This document shows positions 1-12,500 of a stretch of 64,000 bases of DNA, piece by piece (positions within the stretch are counted from its first letter, which is position 1; each line of letters starts with the position of its first letter). The notes under the pieces are model-generated. The model was not told the DNA's origin, did not search any database, and saw only the letters and a list, made by a program, of their open reading frames with translations. Position numbers and translations under genes: made by a program. Origin of the DNA: Neoechinorhynchus agilis. Taxonomy: Eukaryota; Animalia; Acanthocephala. The DNA lies in contig CM121342.1 in NCBI GenBank assembly GCA_051530055.1, forward strand, positions 12,043,480-12,107,479. Direction: 5' to 3'.

Positions 1-413
1 CCTTACCCACAAATTCCAGCACAGATAACCGACCCGGTGCTGGTATTGCTAAGATTGCGTTCTGCACGCAGTAGAAAAATTATAAAACTGTTAGTAATTG
101 TAATTTCTCTTAAGATAAAGTATAAAACACTTTGAACGTATTGCTATTTAGACTGATGTAATGTTATAATTGTCATGATTCAACAGTACCAGTATTTATT
201 CTTTTAATCGCTCAACAATCAAAACCCCATAATTCGTATATGCAGGTTCACGCTGATATCGATTACCTGTATTTCAACTGCCGGATCTCAAATTCAAACC
301 ATAGCCATACAAGACCCTATCATATCATGCCCAGAACGTATCATTAATAGAAAATTAAATATTATATATCATTGTCCTCGGAGTAAATTTGATTGTACGT
401 TGGCGAATTATGT

Positions 414-610
414 TCCCGGCGTTTTCGATACTCATTTATTAATTGCAAAATATTTCACAAGGTTTTCCTTGCCTCTTCAGTCGCTATTGATTGTAAGTTT
501 TTAAATATTCGAGTTCGTGTTTAAAAACTTACAATCAATAGCGACTGAAGAGGCAAGAAAAATCTTGTGAAATATTTCGCAATTAATAAATGAGTATCGA
601 TAACACCGGG
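414..610. repeat. Long inverted repeat / foldback (MITE-like) hairpin
   Basis: Arms 414-505 and 520-610 (~92 bp) are near-perfect reverse complements (core tcgatactcatttattaattgc...tcgctattgattgtaagtttttaaa), separated by a 14-nt loop. Confidence 0.85.
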
Positions 611-1473
611 GACAGGATTCACTAACGTGCAAGAAAATTAAATGTTTCTTGTTGTTGAAGCAACACCTTATCAATAACAACAACAATTTATTCGGAAAGG
701 CGCACCAAGACTCATCAATTGAACGTTTACGATAAGTTGCACGCGGCGTTTTTATGGACATTCTCGTTTTCGCGAATGTTTTTCTACCGATACATGCTAC
801 TGTTTTTTTTAGAAATATTTTTGCGCAAATCGAATTTTTCACGGAAACTACGCAAATAAGAATGCATTAAACCCATCGTAAGTAAATGTTTACGAAGTTT
901 GCAAGTAGAAGTCTTTTTAGGAAATCACAGGTAAATAGCGGATATGTAAGTTTATTTCGTATTTAAATCAGAACATTTAAATTTGTTCGATCAGAACCGA
1001 GATTATTTCGTTCGCGATTTTTAAAGTGATCCGGTTTAACATGTTTTTAAGAGTCAATCAAGACAACGTCCCAGAAAGGAGAGGTCTTGTCAGAAAGATT
1101 GCTCCTGAGAAATGAGCCTGAAGTTGCATGTTGACCTTCTAAAATCGCTATTTTAGCAACTTTGCGTTGTGGGAATTTATTGTCGCAAACTTTTGATAAT
1201 TTCCGCTTTGATCTCTTTGTGAATGAAGTAACTATAGTTTCCTAGTAGAGCATTTGCTTGCGCTTTTCGAACATCGTGATAAAAGTTCTTATCCGAAATA
1301 ATAGGCATGTTCTAGAAACGAGATGTATCGATGTTTTGAAAGACTTGCCCGTGTACGTTGATCGATTTGATAACATTGCAGCTAAATGTACAATATTTGC
1401 TGCCTTTGCCGAATGGATAAAAGTGAGCCCGTAGATCACTTGAAGGTATCTTCTTTTGTGACTCCTCTGATCA

Positions 1474-2154
1474 ATGGCGTTCGTTCACTTACTTCTCGCG
1501 CTCTTCGTTACATCAAAAACGTTTTCTGCGATGGAAATTTCTGACTTAATGCAGAATGGCGATGAACCAAACGCAACAATTATTGAAGAGAGAGGCTGCG
1601 GAAGTTTCATCTGCCCAAAACTTCTTTGTTGTTCAGTCCCAAGAATAATCTACACGACAACATGTCCACCAACCTGCCAACCACCTTGCAGACCACACTG
1701 CCCACCACCTTGCCCACCAACCTGCAAATCATACTGCCCACAACCTTGTCCACCAACCTGCCAACCACCTTGCAGACCACCTTGCCCACCACCTTGCCAA
1801 CCAACCTGCCCACCACCCCACCACCCCTCCACCACCACCTGCCCACCAACCTGCCCACCAACCTGCCAACCACCTTGCAGACCACACTGCCCACCAACCT
1901 GCAAACCACACTACCCACCAACCTGCCCACCAACCTGCCAACCACCTTGCAGACCACACTGCCCACCACCTTGCCCACCAACCTGCAAACCACACTGCCC
2001 ACCAACCTGCCCACCAACATGCCCACCAGTATGTCAAAGTGCGTACCCAGCTCCATGTCAACAATGCCACGATGTTATGGATCAAGGATGCAACATTCCG
2101 GCACATTGCAAGTACCAGAATGTTTGCCCACCAAAGGATATTGGTTGCTGCTAG
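1474..2154 (+). CDS. Secreted cysteine/proline-rich repeat protein (CXXXC periodicity, C-terminal CC)
   Basis: 226-aa ORF with a hydrophobic signal peptide ([19 protein letters not shown]) and an acidic pro-segment ending EER. Then ~30 [16 protein letters not shown] tetrapeptide repeats, ending DIGCC. AATAAA at 2238-2243. Confidence 0.8.
   Translation: MAFVHLLLALFVTSKTFSAMEISDLMQNGDEPNATIIEERGCGSFICPKLLCCSVPRIIYTTTCPPTCQPPCRPHCPPPCPPTCKSYCPQPCPPTCQPPCRPPCPPPCQPTCPPPHHPSTTTCPPTCPPTCQPPCRPHCPPTCKPHYPPTCPPTCQPPCRPHCPPPCPPTCKPHCPPTCPPTCPPVCQSAYPAPCQQCHDVMDQGCNIPAHCKYQNVCPPKDIGCC
1668..2030 (+). repeat. Coding 12-bp-period minisatellite inside the Cys/Pro gene
   Basis: Repeated tgcccaccaacc / tgccaaccacct / tgcagaccacac units. 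Explains the overlapping low-complexity ORFs in the other frames. Confidence 0.9.
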
Positions 2155-3451
2155 AAATGGTAAAATTTGTAGCCATTTCATAGAACAATTAGATAGATGG
2201 CAAAATCGTAGAATGCCACACTTAGATGTTAGAACGCAATAAATATTCCATTTAATTCTTTTATTGTCTGAACTTCGGGGTTTAATCATCGTAAAGTAGT
2301 GTTTTTGGTATTATTAGATAATTATTTTGTTATTAATTTCCAAAAGTCCCGATGGGAACGGAGGAATATCTTATAAAAACAGATCGCTGCCCGGGGTCCT
2401 TTGATCGTGCGCCATTTTCCAACTTCGGTTAAAAATTCTGCGCTGCTGTTCCGATGGCGCCAATTGTCTCAGTGGCGAGATGTTGGAAAATGAGGAGCGA
2501 CGTATATATGTATTTATACTTCTCCATTTTCGCCACTTCACGGCCTACAACTTGCTTTTAGCAATCGTTTTAAGGCAGCCGAAATACTGGGCGACGGCCG
2601 CTTTTCAGACGAACTTGCATGTCGCCGGAATTGAGCAAGCTACGAATAAGCGTAGTGCCGAAGCGAGACTAAAGGAACGGTCATCCATTTTAGTACCAAT
2701 CGACGGGCTTGAGGAAGCGTAAAGGAAACTACGGGACCCTTTAGTTGCAGCCACGAATAGGCGTGCTCGTTCTTTGTGGTCGACACAAGAATCAATGAGG
2801 TTTCGAAAATGCTTCTGAAACCCAGAGTCTGATCAACGTTTTTGTATTGATGTATCCATTGAGACAAACATTTCCAGTTCTTTACTACTTTTTCTCTTGC
2901 GATTCGGTAAGATTTATCGTTAATTCCCCATTCTGAGATTGCTATTTCTGTCGCGCGCAGAACACGAAAATCTCCCTAGTGAACTGGGAAAGAAGTTTGT
3001 CGCTAAGCCGAGTCAGAAACTTTAACCACCAGGATTCCGGTCATTACGCGACAGATATCTTCGTCAAATTCGCCAACTCATTTTTCGGACCCTAGGGGAA
3101 ATCATAGTGAGGCGCATTTTTTGTGAAGTCGTCTAGATTCAAAATAACGAGCGGCGGTGATAGACTATGGTTAGCTCGTTAATGTTGAGTGCCACAGAAG
3201 AGCACCGAGTTGATCGTTTTGCTGAGCACCAGCTCGAGAGGTTTTCACAATGTCGCCAAATATAAAGTAGCTGTTTTAATACATCGCAACGAGTGTTAAT
3301 AAGCTCGGGAACTCCTATTCAATGCAGCTAATGAATGCATGACGACTAATCGAATTAAAGGCTTTCGTGAGATCTATCTTAACTATGACAAAAAGAACAC
3401 CAAAGACCATGTTCAGTAAAACAAATTTCAGCACGTTGAAAAAACACCTTA

Positions 3452-3763
3452 CACCACCTTGCCCACTAACGTGCCAACAATACTACCCACCAACATGCCC
3501 ACCAGTATGTCAAAGTGCGTACCCAGCTCCATGTCAACAATGCCACGATGTTATGGATCAAGGATGCAACATTCCGGCACATTGCAAGTACCAGAATGTT
3601 TGCCCCCCAAGGATATTGGTTGCTGCTAGAAATGGTAAAATTTGTAGCCATTTCATAGAACAATTAGATAGATGGCAAGATCGTAGAATGCCACACTTAG
3701 ATGTTAGAACGCAATAAATATTCCATTTAATTCTTTTATTGTCTGAACTTCGTGGTTTAATCA
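3452..3763 (+). pseudogene. Partial duplicate of the 3' end and 3' UTR of the Cys/Pro gene
   Basis: Near-identical to ~2020-2290. A 1-bp loss near ccccaagg frameshifts the final KDIGCC. No signal-peptide exon and no poly(A) tail. Confidence 0.85.
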
Positions 3764-3779
3764 TAATTGTAAAAGTTGT

Positions 3780-4148
3780 GTTTACGACAAAGAACGACTC
3801 GTCGACTTTTCTTAAACAATAAATAGGTTTACATACCTGGATGCCTACCCGTTACCGAAAATTGAAGCCATAGTTAATGATACCGCAAAGAATACAGTGT
3901 TTAGTCAAATTGACTTGAAGGATGCATACAATCAAGTTCCGATAGACGCCAAAGAGAGAAATTATACGTCCTTCGACGCTTGCGGAAGACTATACCGATT
4001 CAAGAAAATTCCCATGGGAGTCACGAATGGCGTGGCCGTGTTCCAACGCTTTATGAATCACATCATCGAAGAAAATAAACTCGCAAATACTTATTCGCAT
4101 TTGGATGATGTAGTCATATGTGGGAAGACCCAACAAGAACACGAGCCC
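3780..4148 (+). mobile_element. Ty3/Gypsy reverse transcriptase fragment
   Basis: YLDAYPLPKI...FSQIDLKDAYNQVP...IPMGVTNGVAVFQRFMN...HLDDVVICG. Closely similar to the RT of the element at 58373-61815. Confidence 0.9.
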
Positions 4149-4164
4149 TGAATCAAATATCGCT

Positions 4165-5180
4165 AGCGCAGATCTACAAAACTCCTTAGTCTCGATTTAC
4201 GAGAAAGCTCTTGCCCGATACTTTTTAGAGTTTGCGGTGGAGGGCAAATGCGTTAACCCACGTTGCCACGGGTTTTGTACCAGGGAAATCGGTGCACTCA
4301 GCAATTAGGGAGATCGCCAATCATTTTTACAATAATCAAAACTCAACGAATTTATTGATTTCGTTTGATATATCCCGGGCATTTGACAACATCAATATAG
4401 ACTTTATCATTAATATTCTTAAATTCTTTGATTTTCCGTACAATATCATCGTTCGAGTCTCTAAAACATTAAGGTCTAAATCCTTTTTCTTCCAAGACGA
4501 TCCCGTTAATAGCACATATTATCAGACCAAAGGAGTTCCTCAGGGTTCCCCGCTGTCTCCTATACTCTTCTGCCTCGCCACCCAGTTTATCATACAGAAC
4601 TGCAGGGCCTACAAAGCCATCTACATCTACGCAGACGATATGACTGCGGTCATTAAGGAGGTCAATTATCTGCGAGCTGAAAAACGGCTTCTCGCTCTCT
4701 TAACTTTTCTTGAAGGCACACTCCCTATGATGGGACTGCAGCTGAACCCCAAGAAAACCCAGTTTATTATTAAATCCAAGTCACGGATGGGCAAAATAAA
4801 TCTTTTGGAGGCATTCAACAATTTTTTTGGTACCAATATTAACAAAACCTCCTCTAAGCTGACCATTTTGGGTTATTCATTTACGGCTAATTTCTCCCCC
4901 TTTCATGACTTAGCCAAACTTAAAAAATAATTAAAACTTGCGAACATAAAGGCACGAAGGCCTCAGCGGCTAGGCCTTCCTTTGAAGTGTATTCGTTCAG
5001 TTTGGAACGCATGGGCTATTTCGGGCCTTGTTTTTTACTACCGCGGCCGACCACCTGACCAACGTATGGTATTCCACGATACCTTCCTTAAAGCTCTCCA
5101 ACATCTTCAATACCCTTGGGCGCATACTACAGATTTATCCGACAAAACGTACCGATGGATCGACTTAAAAATGTCCTGAA
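4165..5180 (+). mobile_element. 5'-truncated non-LTR retrotransposon RT fragment (same group as 5264-8962)
   Basis: LQNSLVSIYEK...CHGF, then a frameshift to PGKSVHSAI...FDISRAFD...GVPQGSPLSP...YADD. Confidence 0.9.
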
Positions 5181-5263
5181 TCGCTATCCTCACTGTCCGA
5201 TCCAAAATTTGTAAATACATTGCGATTCCTAACGAATAAATCCTTGTTGTTGTATCAACAGGC

Positions 5264-8200
5264 ATGCGCAATTTTCGTTGTAACGGAAAAAGCGTTGTTT
5301 CTGGTGATTTCCTTTCGAGACCTCCCGATCCTTCTGATGATCGTGGAGGTTTGGATGTCGGTGGTTCGCTAAGCTCTAACAACTTGCGAATTCCAATGTT
5401 CTTGGAGAAGCGAGAGCAGTTCAAGTCCTGGTAAACAATTCCCAGTTGACATCGACAAAGCAACAAATTCCAAAATACTCTTCTTTGCCGACAAAAAGAT
5501 GGCCTTTCATATCCATTTTTAAAACCAAACTTATCCTACCCAAACAAATTATGTACGACCAAGCAGTAAGTCCGTGGACTCGTACCTTCAAGAACGATGG
5601 TATTAAAAGGATCGATCACATCACATATTACGCCGGCACCCTACGAATCTACCTGACTTCACACAATTGGTTGGATCACCTTGTCAAGTTTTCGAAATCT
5701 AACCTCCCTAAAGAAGTCTACGATATTACGTCCAGTTCTCAAAAAGTTCAATTTCTGGTTAAAGGTGTTGAATCTTCTCTCAGCAAAGAAGAACGGGACG
5801 AGTTCGAACAAACTTTTGGATGCAATGTAAAGTTTTTTCTAAACTCAAGAAAGACGGGCCAACCTATTTCTATTGCCATGGTGGAAGGACAAAGGAATGT
5901 GCGTGATGACTTATGTTCTCAACAATTTTGCTCCTTCAACTGCTTCGAAATTAACTTCGTGTTGAAATCAAACTATGAGTAAGATGATTTCATAATTCCG
6001 CAATGCAATATCTGTCAGCATTGGGGCCATTGGTGCCAACACTGCCCCAATCCTTCTCACAAAAAATGTTGTCACTGTGGGGATTCTTCTCACGGTTCGG
6101 ATCAACGTACCAGTTCAAATAAACATTGCCCAAATTGTCAAGGACAGCATTCGTCTTTTTACAAAGGATGCTCACAATTCAAAAATTACTGGGCCTGGGC
6201 TCAAAATTCTCGTATTAACGCCGCGGAAAAAAGGAAAAAGCTCATTACTTCAACTAAGCAAGTAGCGCCTAAACACAATTCATTGCTTCCAACACCCTCC
6301 TTTCGACAGGACGTCAACTCTAACTTCTCAGGATTTTCCGGTAACGTGCCCTCTACTCAAGTGGTAACCATGGAGGTGCTAGAGAGCAAACTAGATGAAG
6401 TTTGTAACAAGATTCTAATGATTATGCAAGCTCGTTTTACGAAGGCAATGCTGGCTTTTGAAAGAAAGATGAGCGTCTTAATTGATAAGTAAATGAACAT
6501 TCCGACTATTTTTTCCTCGTCTTTACCAGAACAAAGCTCTGCAAAACTAAAAAGAGCGAGTGTGTCTGGCGGGGTTGCATGAGCAGCCAAAAAGCCGAAT
6601 GGTAGCTCTCGCTCGCAGCACGAGGATGATGTTGTGATGGATGAAGATCAATCAACTTCTGAATTCGTTGCAAGAATAATTGAAACCCAATCCAGGCTGA
6701 TTGACAACGGAACAGCCAATTTGATTTCAAATGCCAATGCGAAGAAACTTTGACTCGATGGCTCAGGAGAAGGTAGGCAATGTTAAGGTGTCGCAGTGGA
6801 ATTGTGGGGGTGCGACCAACCTTTTTAAGCTCACTCGAAGCGTTTTTAATTTAGAGCAACTATATGTTCATCTGCTACTTTTAAAGTCTTCGGTTTTTAC
6901 TTTTTCGTTCATCCTCCCTATGGACTTGCCACACAAGGTCTTATTTCCATTTTTCAATCTTCCCTTGTTCCCTCACTGAGCATGTCCTATTCCTCTGAGG
7001 AATTGTCTTACAGTATTTTTAAAATACTTTTCAAAACGAACTATCTCTCCCTTGCGAATATTTTCATAAGACCAGGTCTTACTCATCTTTCGCATGTAAA
7101 GAACAAAATCAAATGGCTCCTAGGGGCTAACATCGATCTTATTGTGGGAGATTTTAATGATCCATCCTTGAAATGGTCTCGGGCCATTGTTAACGCTATC
7201 AATCCTTCCCATTCTCTTATCATGCCTAACAATCCTTCCTTTCACAATACGTCTACCAACAAACACTCCTTTTTGGATCTAGTATTATTGAAGAAAATTT
7301 TAAACCTTTCAATCGAATATGATCGCCGTCTCCAATTTTGTCCTCTTAGGACACGACATCTTGATTTAGTCCATTGGTCCCTTTGACAGGCTGCGCAAAG
7401 TGTATCATTTACCCCCTTTAAATTTTGCGTTTTTTTCGGCTAGTTTGCGAGAAAATTCTATTACATTTATGTTCTGATTGCAAGTTACCAGATATTTTAC
7501 CTTCAGCAAACTCCTCAGTTAATAAAGCCGCTAATTCTTTCTTATGTCACACCGTAAAAACCTTCTCTCGCCCTTATGTGAGCCGATCACTTCGTTTTCT
7601 TGAACGCCATGGTGGCGTACCTTTTCTAATAAGGGTAAAGTACCTTGGAGATCAAAAATTACGTCTTGGTTAAAATCCTCGTCTTTGGAGGATATTCTTA
7701 CTCAAACTTTTGACTTCCATTCCGCAGGCTACTCGACCAACGTGCCGTCAATTTGTTTTCGTAAAGTAATTCGTAATCGTACGAATATCTCATTAAATGA
7801 CATTCTCGAAGTTTGGTCCACAAATCCGAAATTGGGTTCGGCTAACGGCTACTCCGGGACGAAAATTTTCACCTTGCTTCCTAGGGATTACATAATCCTC
7901 CCTGCAAAGGCTATGCTATGCTGTTCGCCATGCGCGTGGAGGTATATCAATGTTTCTAGACGCATTTTCTTGGTCAAAAATGGCAGGAAGGCTATTGTTG
8001 AACCAAAGGATGTTCGTCCAATCTCACTTCAAAATCCTCTAGTTAGCATATATGAACGCGCCCATGCAAATAGGTTGAGATCTTTCATTAATGAACATAA
8101 TTGCATCTCTCCGAACTGTCATGGCTTTCTAAAAGGGAAATCAGTTCATTCTGCCCTTGCAGAGGTTTACTCCAATTTTTCCTGCTCTAACCAGCCCATG

Positions 8201-8962
8201 CGAGCCATTCTTGCCGTGGACATTTCTCAAGCTTTTGATAAGATTTCTCTTTTTTTTATTATTAAAATGCTTGAATTTTTCAGTCTACCTCACAATTTAA
8301 TTACACGTATCCACAATATTTTATTTACAAAATCCTTTTACTACGAAGACGACGCCTCAAAGACACTTTACTGTCCGTCCAGTGGTGTTTCGCAGGGGTC
8401 ACCTCTGTCACCTATTCTTTTTTCTATGGCATTACAATACTTGATTCAGAATTTTAAAGTTCGGGCATCGCTCACCTGCTACGCGGATGATTTTACTTTT
8501 GTCATCTCCACCCACAGAGTAGCTAGAATGAAACTCCTGATTGAGCAATGTATTGATTTTCTTAACTCCTTTTTACCTAAAATGAACTTATCGTTGAATA
8601 ACTCGAAATGTTTACGCATTTTTAAAGTTCGTTCAAGCAGAATTAATAAAGATTTAAAATCCTTTTTCAACAATTTAATGAACAACCCTGACACCTCTTC
8701 TTCACGTTTTACGAATACACCCCTTAAAATTAAAATATTGGGTCACACCTTTACTGCTAATCTCTCGCCTAGATTAGATTTGAATAAAATGAAAAAAATG
8801 CTCACTTTAGCATCGAAAAAGACGAAGCGCGCCGTTACTCTCGGGTTAAACGCTAATCAATGCCAAACTATTTACAAAAGCTGGAGCATTCCTGGCCTGG
8901 TCTTTTTTCTCGAGGTCGCCCCCCGAACAAGAGGCTTTACTCATCAAAACGTTCTGCGATAA
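5264..8962 (+). mobile_element. Decayed LINE (I/Jockey-superfamily-like) with ORF1 (three zinc knuckles) and ORF2 (APE + RT)
   Basis: ORF1 ~5446-6492 reads through one in-frame TAA (5980-5982) into CNICQHWGHWCQHC, CCHCGDSSH and CPNCQGQHSSFYKGC. APE remnants: QWNCGG, LIVGDFND, FLDLVLLK. RT 7685-8962: RPISLQN, VDISQAFD, GVSQGSPLSP, YADD. Several frameshifts. Confidence 0.85.
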
Positions 8963-9117
8963 CCTTACTACCCTGTCTTTCTCCTGGGCCAGAGAATTGA
9001 GGATCTTCTGCAACAGTAGACTTATGAGATGGTCTAGTTGGACGATACTGGTTAGTTTCTTGTTTTGGGTTTTCTTCTCATACTGCCACATGATGAATAA
9101 ATCTGTATTATAACGTA

Positions 9118-9720
9118 TCAACGAGTGTGTGGTTGTGGAGGGGCGGGGTTATGAAATAACAAAAAATAAAAAGTCCATTGATGAAAACGGAACCAACCAT
9201 CACAGTGATGATCACGTTTATCCCAGACGGGTGAACGGGGAGATTTCATACACTGAGGTGGGTTGGAGGGAGTAATTAGGGTAGAAGAATGGTCAGAGTT
9301 CGCGGGGGAGGGAGTATTTGTGAACACTTTGTCAAGGTGAGCGTCAAGACGGGTAGGGAAGTCAATAAGTAGACGCAATTCGGAGAAGGGTAGAAGAGGA
9401 ACTAGATTATTGAAGTCCCCTGCTATTAAGAAATGGTGCGAATTTGTGGAGTTTATGAGCTCAACCATAGAGTCAATTTGGAGCAAGGAGGACTCAGATC
9501 GAGAAGCCGAAGGGCGATAGACGCCAGCAATGTTGAATTCTCTAAGGCCGTTTCTTGGAGAAGCTGAGAAATGGACAGCTTGTATCTTAGAATTCCCATT
9601 TGAAGCCTTTGTCTGCCTCTTTGAACTGTTAGATTTTTCCCTTTGCCTTTTTTGACTTCGACCAACTGTTCACCTTTAGGAGCGTCGATTTCGTACTGAA
9701 TAGCCTTCGTTGATGTTATT
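9118..9720 (-). mobile_element. CR1/L2-like LINE APE fragment
   Basis: HHFLIAGDFNNL...PTRLDAHLDKVFTN...ANSDHS...PVWDKRDHH. Same family as 61816-63220. Confidence 0.8.
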
Positions 9721-9721
9721 T

Positions 9722-10007
9722 ATAGATTGATTTTGGTCATTCGAAATTAAGAAAAATGATTTAATTTTAATTTAGTATTTCGTCCTCTACGTGGGACTTC
9801 TTCAGAACATGTCGATATGTGAGGTACCGGGGAATGTGATTGGAATTATTGTTTAGGCCTACACCCGGTAAATGATTTTTATTAAAGACGTTTCGAACCT
9901 CGTCGGAGCATCAGAGGTTCGAAACTTCTTTAATAAATAATGATTTACCGGGTTTAGATCTAAACAATAATTCCTTCTCCAGATTAGTTGTATACAAACA
10001 ATTCTGA
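9722..10007. mobile_element. Palindromic MITE-like element, copy 1 (right outer arm missing)
   Basis: Highly similar to 14433-14720 and contains the ~59-bp inner inverted repeat. Confidence 0.8.
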
Positions 10008-11002
10008 GATGAATAGGACAATTCTAGCTCCAGGCAGGAAGAATTAAACGCCAGAATCGATAATGCCATTGCTTTTAAAGAGGAAAACTATTACTTTTGA
10101 GGCGAAGCGACATCCGATCGAAGCTCTGACATCAAACAAGACTGAGTACTTTGATGCCTGAGTGTTTGAGTATCCGTGCTCTCGTTCAAGTTGCAGAGGA
10201 AGTCAAAAGTAACGGCCGTATTGAATTTCTTTAAGATAAATTACTGCCATTGCTGCCGAGGAGGCACCAAGGCGTTTTAAATACGCGTTCATGAGGCGGA
10301 GTGGGTGGCGAAGATAGATTTCAATAATCTTAGGATACAGAAAGAGAAATTATGTGAGAATTGAGCAAGTTATTGAAATCAAAGAAGGCCAAAAGAAGAC
10401 GTTCTGCAATCAAAGTGTTTGAGGATAAAAACTGCGAATAGGGTCCCGGCGACTCCTCCTGAACAATGGACTAGTTCCAAAATATCTGAGAATATCATGC
10501 CGTTTTCGTTTGTCACATTAACATTGGCTGATTCTGGTACTGTAAGGTGATAAACAGAAAGACAAGCATTAGCAGGAAGACTGGGTAGGATTGATTGAAC
10601 TTGAACAAGAGAAGGGAGGACCCGTCTCCAAAGAGTCCTACACTCAGCGAAATTCGTGGTCCGATATTGTTTGCCAGTTGATCAAAGAGCATTTTAAACA
10701 GTCCGTAAGGCAAGAGAAGTGGGAGGTAAAAAAGACCCTCTGGAGTGCTACTTAGTCCTGGATTACGTTCACCACCCTCCAATGTTTACCATCCCCAAAG
10801 ATCTTCTTGATATGATTAAAAGTAATTCAATTTTATTACAAATAAAAAATAGCTTGAATGATCTGAACAATCTCAGTTGACCCCATCTTGCTTTGACCAA
10901 ATATCCGATCCACAAATACGATCGGGACTTCTTCAATAGACATTCCGACGCGATGGTAAACACAATCTAGAGGGGAATGGTCGTGTGATCCAATCTGCAT
11001 CG

Positions 11003-11061
11003 ACCTTGCAGACCACACTGCCCACCAATCTGCTCACCAACCTTCAAACCACACTGCCCAA
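11003..11061 (+). pseudogene. Small orphan fragment of the Cys/Pro gene repeat
   Basis: accttgcagaccacactgcccaccaa...aaaccacactgccca matches the repeat units of 1474-2154. Confidence 0.7.
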
Positions 11062-11906
11062 CCCGTTTCGATTTGTGTCCACTAAACACCGAAGGAATAT
11101 ATAAATCTACGACGTTCCCTAAACTTTTATTGAATGATGAATCCAACGGTAAAGAAGGAGAGCTATGGTATCCATTTTCGAATATTTGATTTGCCTCAGG
11201 CAAAACGTTAGTACCTGAAAATCCATAATGTGCACACTCAAAATGATATATCGCTTTATTGTTTCCACCTCTTTAGTAAGTAAAACAAACTCCGACCATA
11301 GAATGCGAACCTCACACTGCAAATCTATCGTTGCTCGTGTACCGAAGATTTGAATTAGGTGCAAAATAAATGCTTTATCATTAAAAAAAAGTCCTCATAA
11401 AAGAGTTGAATTTAACACATGTTCATCTTCTAGCGATATTTTATTTTAATATTTGCTTTTGTCGTTGTTATGAGGTTTATTTGAATACTGGAGTTTTACG
11501 TGCTGATTTCGGTAACGTGAGCTAGGTAGATTTTCGAAGTAACGATAAGTTCTCGCCTGTACAGGTGGCGAATGATTAGATACATTTTTATAGAATGAAA
11601 TTGAGATTAACTGCGGAAATGTTTTTGTTATATGTGAAATTTCGCGGTTTTATTTATACGTTAAACATAACTGCTAGTGATTGTCAATATATACTTTACT
11701 TTGGAAAATGAAACATGAAGCGTACCTTCAATTTTTATGTTTATGTCTTCTTATTATCTGTGGATATCTAATTACTTTTTGGTTTTTCAATTATTGCAGT
11801 AGAAATTCATAGTTGTAATATCTCGGCTTTTTGATACTTAGAAAATTTTGGTGCTGCCAATCTAATGACCGTAACAAATTAGAAAAAAATAGATAGTGTT
11901 GGATCA

Positions 11907-12500
11907 TTCACACCACCGCTCTGGATCACTCAGCTGCCGTCCTGTTGTAACAGTCGAAAGGACGGATGCAGCGTTCTCTCGTTGCACAGCCAGACTTATG
12001 TTTTGTAGGAGGAATGCTCCTGATCTCGGATCGCCAGTCATTCGTCTCAATCTCTTAGACAATTGCTTGACCAGGTCCTGTGCCGCAGTACCAAACGACC
12101 CTAGTGTCTCGACGCCAAAGGGAACGAAATAATGCTTTTGGCCCGTCTGTATTTGATCTATTTGCGATCCGCAGTGGCGGTTGCTGCTCCCCCTGGTTTA
12201 ATAGTGGCGAATTTTATGTTGTTGGTTGCCTAGACAGGCTAAGTCTTTTAGGAAGCTGTATTTTTGATCTACCTTCAACCGCAACTTTCGGTGCTGTGCG
12301 AACAAGTTAATGAATTATCTTCACACGAGATTCCGTTCCTGATCAAAAACATCTTCTTAGACATAAGGGCAAGCTGGCAAAATTAGAGGAAACGGCTAAA
12401 GCCTCTCTCGAGAAAATTTTATACACTCAGCTGTCGGACGAGGCCTGGCGTCAAGCGTCCTTGCCTGTGTCGTCCGGCAGTTTGAGTATCTGAAAAGCAG
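11907..12500 (-). mobile_element. CRE-like retrotransposon 3' end with an inverted internal segment
   Basis: 11907-12229 is the reverse complement of ~25430-25718. ~12250-12500 matches ~24645-24880 in the forward orientation and continues into WRQASLPVSSG. Confidence 0.8.

Noticed and set aside
1607-2289. Overlapping ORFs in five other frames (LVGR-, TTLP-, GGQ- and WWAG-rich)
   Set aside because: By-products of the 12-bp coding minisatellite. Only the Cys/Pro frame has a signal peptide and a sensible terminus.
2300-3450. Short ORFs that might be a DIRS or tyrosine-recombinase remnant
   Set aside because: No convincing catalytic motif; left unassigned.
10050-11000. Coding-like stretch with short ORFs on both strands
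   Set aside because: No recognisable domain in any frame I translated; probably an old TE remnant.
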